From positions 186,001-250,000 of the IMG/VR virus record IMGVR_UViG_3300042541_001760: DNA of 64,000 nt; one strand, written 5' to 3'. The position numbers and the translations under genes were made by a program. The notes under the pieces were generated by a model. That model saw only the letters and a program-made list of their open reading frames with translations. It was not told the origin of the DNA and did no database searches. Below, piece after piece: positions 17,277 to 26,395 of the stretch. Position 1 is the stretch's first letter, and each line of letters opens with the position of its first letter.

Positions 17277-17451
17277 TTTCTCTGCTTTTTCTTTCCTCTA
17301 GAATTTCTTTTCTTAGGGTTTGTAAAAGTTCTTTAAGATCTTGAGCGGTATTTCTTACTCTCGTACCAGCACTTTTGTTACCACCGTAAAATTTGTCCGC
17401 ATCATTTGATAGAGATTCGGTCAATTCTTTGATTTTTCCAATTGTTTCCAT
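17269..17451 (-). CDS. Histone H1-like (Hc1-type) nucleoid protein
   Basis: KF..GNKSAGTRVR...DLKELLQTLRK pattern of Bacteroidota Hc1-family proteins. Confidence 0.75.
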   Translation of the reverse strand: METIGKIKELTESLSNDADKFYGGNKSAGTRVRNTAQDLKELLQTLRKEILEERKSRENV

Positions 17452-17530
17452 AATAATTTTTTAATTATAACTTGTTTATTTTTATTAAATCTTAACTTTT
17501 TTATAGTCATAGTAAAGATTTTAATATGTT

Positions 17531-17998
17531 TTATTTTTTAAGATTCTTGTCTAAAGACTTATACAGGTCGGTTAACATATCAATATCCGATTTAGTGAAT
17601 GGTTTTTTTAAGTCAAATAAATCCTCAAAAAAAACACCTATTTGGTCTTTAACCTTCTGTTCCTTTTGGTTGTAATAGACCTCATCAAAAAAGGATTTAA
17701 AATGGTCATAGTGTTCTCCTCTCGAATAGAACTTAACATTTTCCTTATTGAAATTTTCAATTGACTTTTTCCAACACCAATCAAAATGTTTGGTATTATC
17801 CTCTTCCGTTAATTTAATGTTGGATTCGTTGGACTTATCATCCTCACCTAAATATGTGTTAAGTATTAACTTATATAACGAACTTGTAAAGTCAGAATAT
17901 AGGTCTACTTTCTCAGGTATAATGTTGTTTATATTCAACCATACTTGAACGTCATCGGGGTGTACCGGCTTTGATATGTAGTTAAAAAAATTCTCCAT
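17531..17998 (-). CDS. Hypothetical protein (155 aa)
   Basis: ORF only. Confidence 0.75.
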   Translation of the reverse strand: MENFFNYISKPVHPDDVQVWLNINNIIPEKVDLYSDFTSSLYKLILNTYLGEDDKSNESNIKLTEEDNTKHFDWCWKKSIENFNKENVKFYSRGEHYDHFKSFFDEVYYNQKEQKVKDQIGVFFEDLFDLKKPFTKSDIDMLTDLYKSLDKNLKK

Positions 17999-18017
17999 AG
18001 GTATTTCCTATGGAGAA
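17984..18017 (-). terminator. 11-bp hairpin plus T7 overlapping the start codon of 17531..17998
   Basis: TTCTCCATAGG-loop-CCTATGGAGAA then TTTTTTT on the minus strand. Confidence 0.7.
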
Positions 18018-18053
18018 AGTATAAGGTTAGATTTAATAATGTGAATAAATAAA

Positions 18054-19352
18054 TTACTGTGTTTTTCTATTGTAATTCAGTAAGTTACTCATTTTATTTA
18101 TTTCTTCGTTCAACAACTTAGTTTTCTTATCTTGTGTTGACTCTAATTGATTCATAATCTTATTAGCCTTTGTGTTACTTTTATTAGTAGTGTTTGTCTC
18201 TCCTTTAGTAACTTCACCAGCCTCATCAGTAACGACCGGTTGGGGTGATTTATTATAGGCTTGTTTTTTAAGTGCCCCCAATAAATTATCCTTTCTGATT
18301 TTATTTCTGTTTTTATTAACAGGTGTCTCAACCGCATTTGCCCACTTAGGATTATTACCAGTTCTAGATGAACCTTCAATATTGTCTGTTACCCAATCTT
18401 CATTCGGGTGAATTTCATCATACATTAAGTTCTCTTGACCTGCGGATGAAAATGCTTCAACATATTCCTCAACTGCGTCAGATGCTTGGTATGTCTTTTT
18501 TGCCATCTTTTTATCCATTTGTCCGTTAGATTCAGGGAAATGTTCTGCATCCATAGTATAATCTTCTTTAGAACCATTTTTAAGGTAGTCCTTCATCTTT
18601 TGAGTTACAGATTTAATGTAATCATCATTTTCTTTTTTAGATTTACCAATTGCCGTTTCGTATGTTGCCAATCCTTTAGGTTTTGACATTTTTTTAATAT
18701 TGTCTTTCTCCTCTTTAACAATCTTTTCAATCATATCAATCATCTCATCTTCGGTTAATTTGATAGATTCTTTAACTTGATATTCTTTACCATCAACTTC
18801 AAAGTCATCATCTCCTTTACGTTTTGCTTTTGCTAATGCTCCTGTAAACGCATTACCTTCTTCCATTTCTTCGTCAGTTTGATGTTTTTTTGACTTTCTT
18901 AACATTTTAAAATCTTCAGCGTCAATTTTGTTATTTTTATTCTTATCCATTTTTTTCTGTCCACCGAATAATGCTTCAGTCATTTCAGCACCAGCATATC
19001 TTTTGTGACTCTCACAAGCCTGTGCGTCATAATCTTCACCATCTTCATTACAAACTCTTGATAATTTTTCAGAGGGGTCGAAATCCATATCGGTACTTTC
19101 CATCATGCCACCATATCCACATTCGTTACATTGACCTTCATTCATAGTTCCACCACATTGTTCACAAGTTTCTCCTTCTTCCATCTCTTCATCCATTGAT
19201 ATTTCTTGCCATTCATCCTCTGTCGTCATATCATCATCAATTTCATTGACTTTGGATTTGATTTTATTTACTAGTGATTCGGCTCTTTCTTCTAATGACT
19301 CCTTTAATGTTTTTTTAACAATTGAATCAATATAGTTATTTACGTTTTTCAT
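18054..19352 (-). CDS. Acidic putative prohead core/internal head protein
   Basis: Very E/D/K/M-rich; CxxC-CxxC segment; EF-hand-like DKNKNNKIDAED; many hydrophobic-x-E-(G/S/A) sites; own late-type promoter. Confidence 0.5.
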   Translation of the reverse strand: MKNVNNYIDSIVKKTLKESLEERAESLVNKIKSKVNEIDDDMTTEDEWQEISMDEEMEEGETCEQCGGTMNEGQCNECGYGGMMESTDMDFDPSEKLSRVCNEDGEDYDAQACESHKRYAGAEMTEALFGGQKKMDKNKNNKIDAEDFKMLRKSKKHQTDEEMEEGNAFTGALAKAKRKGDDDFEVDGKEYQVKESIKLTEDEMIDMIEKIVKEEKDNIKKMSKPKGLATYETAIGKSKKENDDYIKSVTQKMKDYLKNGSKEDYTMDAEHFPESNGQMDKKMAKKTYQASDAVEEYVEAFSSAGQENLMYDEIHPNEDWVTDNIEGSSRTGNNPKWANAVETPVNKNRNKIRKDNLLGALKKQAYNKSPQPVVTDEAGEVTKGETNTTNKSNTKANKIMNQLESTQDKKTKLLNEEINKMSNLLNYNRKTQ

Positions 19353-19365
19353 AATTTTGTTTTTA

Positions 19366-19373
19366 TATAAATA
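19366..19373 (-). promoter_or_regulatory. Putative late promoter TATTTATA
   Basis: Exact motif 13 nt upstream of ATG 19352. Confidence 0.6.
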
Positions 19374-19376
19374 TCT

Positions 19377-20399
19377 TTATTTAGTTAAAGTGTTACCTTT
19401 TTTATATTCTTTAATGATAATGTTTTTAATTGTATTTTCACTTATACCGTGTTTCTTACTTATATTCTTTATCACCTTCATAAGTAATTTATTTTCAAAT
19501 ATGTTCAGAGATTTAATATCCCCCTGATTACAGTATGGGAATTTTTGACATTTTTTCTTAACCTCAACAAATTTACCTCCAGGTATCTGAGTTTTAGCCG
19601 CTCCTCTCCAATTTTTCTTACTACCTGACTTAGCCCAAGCCGCAGGTGTTTCATATGAACCGGAAGAACCTGATCCCGTCGCTTCTTTTGTTTCAATTTT
19701 CTTAGGTTTATTAACGAATCTGTCGGCACTTGAGAATAATGGACCTTCAAAACCACCCGCGGAACCCGAACCTGTTGCTTCTGTATTCTCTTCTTTATTT
19801 TTTTTGTTTTTTAGTGATTCAAAACTTTTACGTCCTCTACCTTCGTGTTCTTCCATATTAAAATAATCTTCTATGTGTTTATCTTGTAGTTTTTGGATAA
19901 ACTCAGGTCTATCATTACTTTTGTTTGGTGAAAATCTCTTATAACCGTTAATTTTTTGTATTTTTAATACATCTTTATTTTTCTTATATAACCAATAAGG
20001 TAATTTAACATACTTGAAAGGTTCATAACCCTCAACATCACCTATTATTTCTACTTGTGATTTTGGTAATTTTATTTTATGAATTTCTATATTAAATGGT
20101 CTTGCCCCATCCACAAACATCCTACTCTCAAACTCATTCTCAATAATATTAATCACCTCAATTGTATTTGATTGTGAGTCGTCACTTACAATATATGAAC
20201 CTATAAAAGATTTTTCTTCGGGTAGATATAATGATTTATAATAACTTAAATCATATGTAGGTTTTGTAGATTCTTCGTCCTGTTCCGGTAAGTCAGACGG
20301 TATACGTAAAGAAGATACATATGGTGATGCCATATTTTGAGCCACCCCCGTATTACTTTTAAATCCAGCCATAATCTTCGATCCAATTTCGTTCTTCAT
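19377..20399 (-). CDS. Hypothetical (possibly head-associated) protein with duplicated EATGSGS motif
   Basis: EATGSGSAGGFEGP and EATGSGSSGSYETP; in operon behind a late-type promoter. Confidence 0.75.
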   Translation of the reverse strand: MKNEIGSKIMAGFKSNTGVAQNMASPYVSSLRIPSDLPEQDEESTKPTYDLSYYKSLYLPEEKSFIGSYIVSDDSQSNTIEVINIIENEFESRMFVDGARPFNIEIHKIKLPKSQVEIIGDVEGYEPFKYVKLPYWLYKKNKDVLKIQKINGYKRFSPNKSNDRPEFIQKLQDKHIEDYFNMEEHEGRGRKSFESLKNKKNKEENTEATGSGSAGGFEGPLFSSADRFVNKPKKIETKEATGSGSSGSYETPAAWAKSGSKKNWRGAAKTQIPGGKFVEVKKKCQKFPYCNQGDIKSLNIFENKLLMKVIKNISKKHGISENTIKNIIIKEYKKGNTLTK

Positions 20400-20400
20400 A

Positions 20401-20646
20401 TTATGCTCTCCTTATTCTTGGTTCCCAAGTTCCTTTTTGAGTCCATAGGAATTGATAAAATTCACTAAAGCTTCTAACTATTAGTTCTTTTACGTTACCT
20501 TCCAATTTACCTCGTTTAATTTCCTTAGCAATTTCATCCATTAACTTTTCTTCAAATTGTTTAATGGTGGATGATCCCATGAAATCCCTAATCTCTTTAC
20601 GGACCATAGTTTCAATTTCTTTTTTTTCGGTAGAAGTTAATGACAT
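20401..20646 (-). CDS. Hypothetical protein (81 aa)
   Basis: ORF tightly spaced in operon. Confidence 0.7.
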   Translation of the reverse strand: MSLTSTEKKEIETMVRKEIRDFMGSSTIKQFEEKLMDEIAKEIKRGKLEGNVKELIVRSFSEFYQFLWTQKGTWEPRIRRA

Positions 20647-20647
20647 A

Positions 20648-21271
20648 TTATTTCTTTAGTTTAATCTTCCAATAAATACTTCCTTGTAGTGATATTTGTT
20701 TGGAGTTATTTAGTCCAACACCAAGTCCGAATATTTTATCTTTCTTGTCTTTATAAAGTAAAGATGGTCCTGCGTAATTAAGTATATTTACCTTATCAAA
20801 TCCACCTGTAAGACCTAAATATATTTGTCGTTTAGCGGGTTCTTTTAAGAATAAAGTGTCATTAATAATTCTTTCGGTTATTCTTGAAGTGAATTTTCTT
20901 GCGAATATTTTGTTCTCAACGACAGTATCTTCAATTGTAACATAAGAATCTTTACCTAAGTCCAATGTGTCTGTATAAAACCTTTTGGTAAAATAATCCA
21001 TTAATATTAATTGTGTGTCAGCTTCTTGTGGAATATACTTTGGGACTTCAACTTTAACTTTGATGGTTTTACCTTCCTTATATACGATTGTATCTCTTTT
21101 AATATAAATGGTGTCTCTTTTATTATCCACCACTTCGTATTTTTTTCCGTTCACCTTTACGATGTCACCCTTATTAATTTCTTTCTTACCATTATCCCCA
21201 TCACACATTCTCATTAATAGAACAACGATAATCAATCCAATAATTGCCAGTGTTTTAAAATCAAGTTTCAT
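20648..21271 (-). CDS. Membrane/lipoprotein, spanin candidate
   Basis: N-terminal hydrophobic helix ending MRMC; repeated DTI/DTL motifs; beta-strand-rich C-terminus; near amidase. Confidence 0.5.
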   Translation of the reverse strand: MKLDFKTLAIIGLIIVVLLMRMCDGDNGKKEINKGDIVKVNGKKYEVVDNKRDTIYIKRDTIVYKEGKTIKVKVEVPKYIPQEADTQLILMDYFTKRFYTDTLDLGKDSYVTIEDTVVENKIFARKFTSRITERIINDTLFLKEPAKRQIYLGLTGGFDKVNILNYAGPSLLYKDKKDKIFGLGVGLNNSKQISLQGSIYWKIKLKK

Positions 21272-21272
21272 A

Positions 21273-21899
21273 TTAGTCAGTTTTTTTTCTTGACGCGATT
21301 ATTTTACCCCACTTAGATTTAAATTTTTCATAATATTGTCTAAGTTTTTGTATCATTGAGTCAAAGTCCTGGTCAACTTTTACAGTTTCACAATTGATAT
21401 ACACTCCGTTTGTCTCTCCCACTCTAAAAATGAAATCCAAATCAAAATCAATAATCTTACCTGACCACTCAGCACTATCGCTATATAGGTTTAATTGATT
21501 AAAGTCGGTCATTTCGGATACCTCGGATACAAATTCATCCATAGTTTCCTGAAACGCTTTTTTATCATCGGTAGTTAATTCCAAGGCCTTCTTATCGTTT
21601 CCGTGTATCATTAACACACCACCAGATATTCTATATCCTTGTTGTTTTGAATCTTTATTATTATCTTTCTTATCTTCATCAAAATCTATTTCACTCTCCA
21701 CAGATCCGGGAACATTAACTCTTTGAGTTATTTCGTCTCCTGTGTTCTCAATATCACCAGAGTCCTTAAATGTTTGTTCATTAATAATACCGTATTTTTT
21801 TTTGATACCATTAATATCCTCAGATATCTGAGTGTTATTTTTTTGAAGCATCTCTCTTGAGGCTTTCAATAATCTTTGTATTTCTTCGTGGTTACTCAT
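21273..21899 (-). CDS. Hypothetical protein (208 aa)
   Basis: ORF in operon; N-terminal leader ending IINEQ. Confidence 0.75.
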   Translation of the reverse strand: MSNHEEIQRLLKASREMLQKNNTQISEDINGIKKKYGIINEQTFKDSGDIENTGDEITQRVNVPGSVESEIDFDEDKKDNNKDSKQQGYRISGGVLMIHGNDKKALELTTDDKKAFQETMDEFVSEVSEMTDFNQLNLYSDSAEWSGKIIDFDLDFIFRVGETNGVYINCETVKVDQDFDSMIQKLRQYYEKFKSKWGKIIASRKKTD

Positions 21900-22488
21900 A
21901 TCCTATTAGTTCGTTAAATTTGTTAAAGTCAAATGCTGGACTCACATCAGTAAATATCACATCAAAGTTGCTTTTCGTAACAATACCTTCAAATTTTTCA
22001 ATTCCTTCAAATTTTGTGTTATGCCCGACACTTCTTTTATTAATGGAGTGTTCTCCCATTAGTTTAATACATAGTTCTGCGGTCTTATTCATTTGTATAT
22101 CGGTATATGGTTGCCAAAAGAAATAATCTCTCCATTTTTTTTCAAATACCTTATCTTTATAAATATTACCAATCCAATTAATGTGATGGTCCTTTAATGG
22201 TTCTTTTTGTAACCAACCAAGATTCTCCAAACATATGATAATTGAGTTCCTATTAACATTATCTACCTTGAAGAAGTTTGAATGTTCTGTGTCCGACATT
22301 AGTTTTAGTATGGTACCTTCTCGACTAATTACGTAATTTGGTATCTTATCGTAGTTACCATTAGCCCTAAATTTAAGGGATGTTAAATATTCACCGATCT
22401 CACGGGAAGTATGGCACAGGATTATTTGTTTCTTCTTTTTTTGTTTACCCGTAGCCTTGAAATCACCATAACTAATTATTTCAAACAT
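21892..22488 (-). CDS. N-acetylmuramoyl-L-alanine amidase (Amidase_2-like), putative endolysin
   Basis: IILCHT, NYVISREG, NRNSIIICLEN, YTDIQ, GHN and TDVSP motifs. Confidence 0.75.
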   Translation of the reverse strand: MFEIISYGDFKATGKQKKKKQIILCHTSREIGEYLTSLKFRANGNYDKIPNYVISREGTILKLMSDTEHSNFFKVDNVNRNSIIICLENLGWLQKEPLKDHHINWIGNIYKDKVFEKKWRDYFFWQPYTDIQMNKTAELCIKLMGEHSINKRSVGHNTKFEGIEKFEGIVTKSNFDVIFTDVSPAFDFNKFNELIGYE

Positions 22489-23356
22489 CTCGTTTTGAAT
22501 AACTTAATCTTTTTATGTTGGTATCGTTAGATAATTGGTCTTTAAGTTCATCTAAGTTTTGATTCTCAACCACAATCTCTTCGGTATGTTCTTCATGTAT
22601 TTCCTCTACCGTTGGTTCAACAATCTCTTCGGTATGTTCTTCATGTATTTCCTCTACCGTTGGTTCAACAATCTCTTCAACCACCTCATCTTCAACTACA
22701 ATATCCTTCACCTTTTCTTCCTCACCGAATTTTTCTTTTTGAATCACATCAAGATGTTTCTCCAATTTTTCAATAGTTTCTATTGTTATAGCGGGGGTAA
22801 TAGTATTTACTTCCCTCTCAATAATACCCGCCTTACGAGATATTTCATCTATTTGTTCTTCCGTTAGTTCGGTTGCGGTTTCAGTTATGGTTTCTTTATT
22901 TGAATAAACCACTAACATATGAGCAAATGTTAAAGATATGATGGGTAGTAATCCACCACTGAATAAAGCCAAAATTAATTTATGTGTTGGTATATTAGTT
23001 GGGTCAATACCCATAGGTTCAAATAAAGGTCCAGCCATCTCCATCCATTGTTTGAATGTCTCGGATGTTTCCTGTATGTATGAATATGAAAAGAATAGGT
23101 TACCCACGAATTGAATAAAGGTTACCAATATGAAGGGGAAATATATGAACCTACCCATCTTTACTGACACACCGGCAAGGGCTGATAGTGCGGCAATCTC
23201 AACCGCAACAGAAAGATATATAGCCCAAGCAAAAGGGTTTGTAATACCATAGAATGAAGTTACGTGTGATATAGACACAAAGGCAACTAACAATATAGGT
23301 ATTACAAACGCCGTGGCAATTATACTCTTAAGATTTTTTTGAATCCAATTTTTCAT
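22481..23356 (-). CDS. Multi-pass membrane protein with acidic repetitive tail (holin/antiholin candidate)
   Basis: About four TM helices in the N-terminal half; adjacent to amidase. Confidence 0.6.
   Translation of the reverse strand: MKNWIQKNLKSIIATAFVIPILLVAFVSISHVTSFYGITNPFAWAIYLSVAVEIAALSALAGVSVKMGRFIYFPFILVTFIQFVGNLFFSYSYIQETSETFKQWMEMAGPLFEPMGIDPTNIPTHKLILALFSGGLLPIISLTFAHMLVVYSNKETITETATELTEEQIDEISRKAGIIEREVNTITPAITIETIEKLEKHLDVIQKEKFGEEEKVKDIVVEDEVVEEIVEPTVEEIHEEHTEEIVEPTVEEIHEEHTEEIVVENQNLDELKDQLSNDTNIKRLSYSKRDV
22573..22678. repeat. 48-bp perfect tandem repeat (two copies plus 10 nt), in frame (EEIVEPTVEEIHEEHT)
   Basis: 22573-22620 identical to 22621-22668. Confidence 0.95.
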
Positions 23357-23360
23357 TTAA

Positions 23361-23636
23361 TCATTTGTCCATATTTTTATAGTAATTAACCGGAACTTTG
23401 TTTTTGTCCGATAATTCCTCAATCTCTAATGTTTTCCAATTAGGAGTTTCTTTAATAATCTTAACCATCTCGTTTGATTTAATAGAGGTAGAATCCATTT
23501 GATGTACCTTTTTGTTCAAACTTTCAATGTCCTTTTCAATTCTACCTAATTCGGATGCAGTTCCACACGTTCTTAGAAATATAAATAAACATAGAGTTAG
23601 TGTGGCAATGGTGAAGTAATTTTGATATTTTTCCAT
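23361..23636 (-). CDS. Small membrane-anchored coiled-coil protein
   Basis: N-terminal hydrophobic helix ending LRTC, then coiled coil; first gene after a late-type promoter. Confidence 0.7.
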   Translation of the reverse strand: MEKYQNYFTIATLTLCLFIFLRTCGTASELGRIEKDIESLNKKVHQMDSTSIKSNEMVKIIKETPNWKTLEIEELSDKNKVPVNYYKNMDK

Positions 23637-23648
23637 AAGTTTTTATTA

Positions 23649-23656
23649 TATAAATA
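23649..23656 (-). promoter_or_regulatory. Putative late promoter TATTTATA (lysis/head operon)
   Basis: Exact motif 12 nt upstream of ATG 23636. Confidence 0.6.
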
Positions 23657-23665
23657 GATTAGATT

Positions 23666-24466
23666 TTACATATATTCAAAAAGAACCGAACTTTCATTTC
23701 GTAATTTACGAAGAGCCTTCTCTTTAATCTGTCTCACACGTTCTTTAGTAAGATTGAAGTCGTCACCGATGTCCTCCAAAGTTCTTGGTGTCCCCGTTAG
23801 ACCGAAATAATCCTCAATGATGGATCTCTCTCTTTTGTCCAAAATACCTAACACATCCATAAGTTTTTCTTTCAACTTATCTTTGGTATCAAAACCATCG
23901 TCAGGCATTACACAATTCTCATTTACGATTACATCAATAAGTGTATCTCCGTCTTCATTAATCTCGTCGTTAAGATTGACCATTGAAGGTAGTGAGGTGA
24001 ACTTATCGGACAATTGCTTGCCATTGTTCTCAACCTCTTTTTTAGCTCGTTGTAGGTCTTGTACGACATTAACAGGGAGTCGTATGGTTCTTGCGTTCTC
24101 GTTAAGAGATTGGAGAATACATTGACGAACCCACCATACCGCATATGATATAAATCGTAGGTTCTTATTCCAATCAAAATTCTCAATGGCTTTAATCAAT
24201 CCCATATTACCTTCGGCAATTAAATCGGGGAATGGTAATCCTTGATTCTGATATTGTTTTGCCACGGTAATAACAAAACGTAAATTACCTTCAACTAACT
24301 CCTGATGTATCTCATCTTTCTGTCTATCTGTTAGGTTTCCTGTGGCCATCATAGCAGCCAACTCACGTTCTCTATCAGGTGTCATAACCTTAATCTTTCT
24401 TAGATCTTTAAGATAAGATTGAATCTCGTCTTGGTTGATCGGTATTCCTGTGTTTTTCTCTCTCAT
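23666..24466 (-). CDS. rpoD: Sigma-70 family RNA polymerase sigma factor, Bacteroidota primary-sigma type (no region 1.1)
   Basis: NLRFVITVAKQY, DLIAEGNMGLIKA, FISYAVWWVRQ, TIRLP, TLEDIG...LTKERVRQIKEKALRKLR. Confidence 0.93.
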   Translation of the reverse strand: MREKNTGIPINQDEIQSYLKDLRKIKVMTPDRERELAAMMATGNLTDRQKDEIHQELVEGNLRFVITVAKQYQNQGLPFPDLIAEGNMGLIKAIENFDWNKNLRFISYAVWWVRQCILQSLNENARTIRLPVNVVQDLQRAKKEVENNGKQLSDKFTSLPSMVNLNDEINEDGDTLIDVIVNENCVMPDDGFDTKDKLKEKLMDVLGILDKRERSIIEDYFGLTGTPRTLEDIGDDFNLTKERVRQIKEKALRKLRNESSVLFEYM

Positions 24467-24470
24467 ATGA

Positions 24471-24986
24471 TTATTTTGAATATTGGTGTAAGGTTTGTTT
24501 TTCTTTTTTGGTTAATGACTCAATTCCTTTATTACTTATCTTCTCTAATATTTCATCCAAAGATAACACTTTTTCGGGAATAATGGTCTCTTGATAATCA
24601 TCGTTTGTTAAACTTAATACTTCGTTAATGGTATCATAATCTTGTTGTAACTCAGGGTTAACATTATTATAATTATCCAGAAATCCGATTCCGTCATCCT
24701 CTAAGTCAAAAAGATGTTCAAAAATTTGTGTTGGCATCTGACAAGATATCTCACCCTCGTACGGCACCAACATATATATGATACATTCGTTTGATACGAC
24801 AGAGTGGATAAATTGTTTTAATTTAAAGAAATCTTCATTGGATTTGAAGTGGAATATACTACTACTCTCACCATAACTAAATTTTACGTTTTTAGAGTCG
24901 GAGACATCGACAATTTTCTTAGCCATTCTCTCAACACCTGATTCATCGTTTTTAACTTGACCGAATATAGATAATAGATATTTCAT
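24471..24986 (-). CDS. Hypothetical protein with C-terminal DUF6576-like motif
   Basis: LDEILEKISNKGIESLTKKEKQTL terminus. Confidence 0.65.
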   Translation of the reverse strand: MKYLLSIFGQVKNDESGVERMAKKIVDVSDSKNVKFSYGESSSIFHFKSNEDFFKLKQFIHSVVSNECIIYMLVPYEGEISCQMPTQIFEHLFDLEDDGIGFLDNYNNVNPELQQDYDTINEVLSLTNDDYQETIIPEKVLSLDEILEKISNKGIESLTKKEKQTLHQYSK

Positions 24987-25003
24987 AGTTATTTATTATT
25001 TTA

Positions 25004-25011
25004 CAAATGTA
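25004..25011 (-). promoter_or_regulatory. Bacteroidota-type promoter TACATTTG (upstream of the 24986/sigma operon)
   Basis: TAnnTTTG match 17 nt upstream of ATG 24986. Confidence 0.6.
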
Positions 25012-25041
25012 ATGATATTTATCGTGATAAACAAACTTATT

Positions 25042-25683
25042 ATGAATAAAAGAATATCAATTACAAGAGACCAACTGGTTGAACATATTAGAAAATCAAT
25101 TTCTAAAAATTTAATGGAACAGGACTATTCGTCCGATATAAATAGACCAACTCAACCTAGAGAAAAAGGGGTTAAGACAATATTTGGTGATAAGTATTCA
25201 AGATATATTCCAAATGATGTTATTCGTTATATGAGAAAGAACCCGGCTCTTATATTTGAAAGGTTATTTGAACTATATGGTGAGGACGCCTATATGTATT
25301 TAGATAAAGCAAAAGAAAAGATGGGTGATTCACCTGAACCTATGATGGAACAAGATATGGATGATGATTACGATGATGAAGATGAGGAAGAAGAACAGGA
25401 TCCATTGATGGACACATTAAAAGATGTTGTTAACAACAATGGTGAATTCAGTGAAAGTGACATTGATGACATTAATGATTATGGGGGTTCTAAAAGATCG
25501 TTTAGAGGTTCAATTTATTTAGATGGAATGGTACCCGAAACTGACGATAAAGAATTTGATAGAAAAGTGGCAATTAAAATTATGGAGTTCTTCGCATCAG
25601 GACTGAACATTAACAGATATGTCGGTGGTGTTGGTTTCAAACAACGAAGTATGACAAACCCATTTGATAACGAGAATTTTTAA
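25042..25683 (+). CDS. Acidic hypothetical protein with N-terminal leader (ORF track start 25012)
   Basis: TATTTATC at 25016 favours ATG 25042; leader ends NLMEQ. Confidence 0.75.
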   Translation: MNKRISITRDQLVEHIRKSISKNLMEQDYSSDINRPTQPREKGVKTIFGDKYSRYIPNDVIRYMRKNPALIFERLFELYGEDAYMYLDKAKEKMGDSPEPMMEQDMDDDYDDEDEEEEQDPLMDTLKDVVNNNGEFSESDIDDINDYGGSKRSFRGSIYLDGMVPETDDKEFDRKVAIKIMEFFASGLNINRYVGGVGFKQRSMTNPFDNENF

Positions 25684-25690
25684 AATATAA

Positions 25691-25717
25691 GCCCCACCCT
25701 AAGAGTGGGGTTTTTTT
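25691..25717 (+). terminator. Intrinsic terminator
   Basis: GCCCCAC-loop-GTGGGG followed by T7. Confidence 0.8.
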
Positions 25718-25733
25718 ATATCATTATTTTTCG

Positions 25734-25741
25734 TATATTTG
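25734..25741 (+). promoter_or_regulatory. Bacteroidota-type promoter TATATTTG
   Basis: TAnnTTTG match between the terminator and ATG 25778. Confidence 0.65.
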
Positions 25742-25777
25742 TAAAATTAAATTAGTGTTAACCTTTTAAAATATAAA

Positions 25778-26395
25778 ATGAAAAACATATTATTTTTAGA
25801 TGAACAAATTAAAAGAATCTACGAAGTGTCATATACTATTTCGGAATCAAGAGGTAAGAATAGACAGAACATTATTAATGATGTGGTAATAGAATCCTTA
25901 AAATCCGATATATACTATAATGATTGTGTGTTTAAAAAAGAAGTTATAATCCCCGGAACAAAATTACTATGGGGTAAATACTTTCCTGTTGATATATGCG
26001 TATATAAAGATAATACTCTAATTGAGATTATTTTAAATAAGGCGCCTTCATCAAATATAAAGCAAAATAGAATTAATTCACTTAATGGTATTAATTCAGA
26101 CATAACAAGATTATCTAAATTAGAAAATATAAAAATTTCTTTAATTAATTTTTTACCTAAGATATCCCCTTTCTTTAAAAGAGATGAAAGTATTAAATCT
26201 TTTGAGAAAAATGAGCCTTTTTTCTTATCTACTTCTGGCGCCTTTTATAAATTCGATGTTGATGAAATATATGTTACTTTTGAAATTAATAATTTATATA
26301 AATGTAATTCAAAAGTTGATGTTAGAAATTTATTTTTGGTGAATCCTATAAAAAATGTGAATTTAATTCAAAAAAATTATAAAAGTTTAACTTAA
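25778..26395 (+). CDS. Putative type II restriction endonuclease
   Basis: Adjacent to and convergent with an MTase; PVD...E...K.P.SN.KQN..N segment; shares the very AT-rich composition of the MTase. Confidence 0.45.
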   Translation: MKNILFLDEQIKRIYEVSYTISESRGKNRQNIINDVVIESLKSDIYYNDCVFKKEVIIPGTKLLWGKYFPVDICVYKDNTLIEIILNKAPSSNIKQNRINSLNGINSDITRLSKLENIKISLINFLPKISPFFKRDESIKSFEKNEPFFLSTSGAFYKFDVDEIYVTFEINNLYKCNSKVDVRNLFLVNPIKNVNLIQKNYKSLT

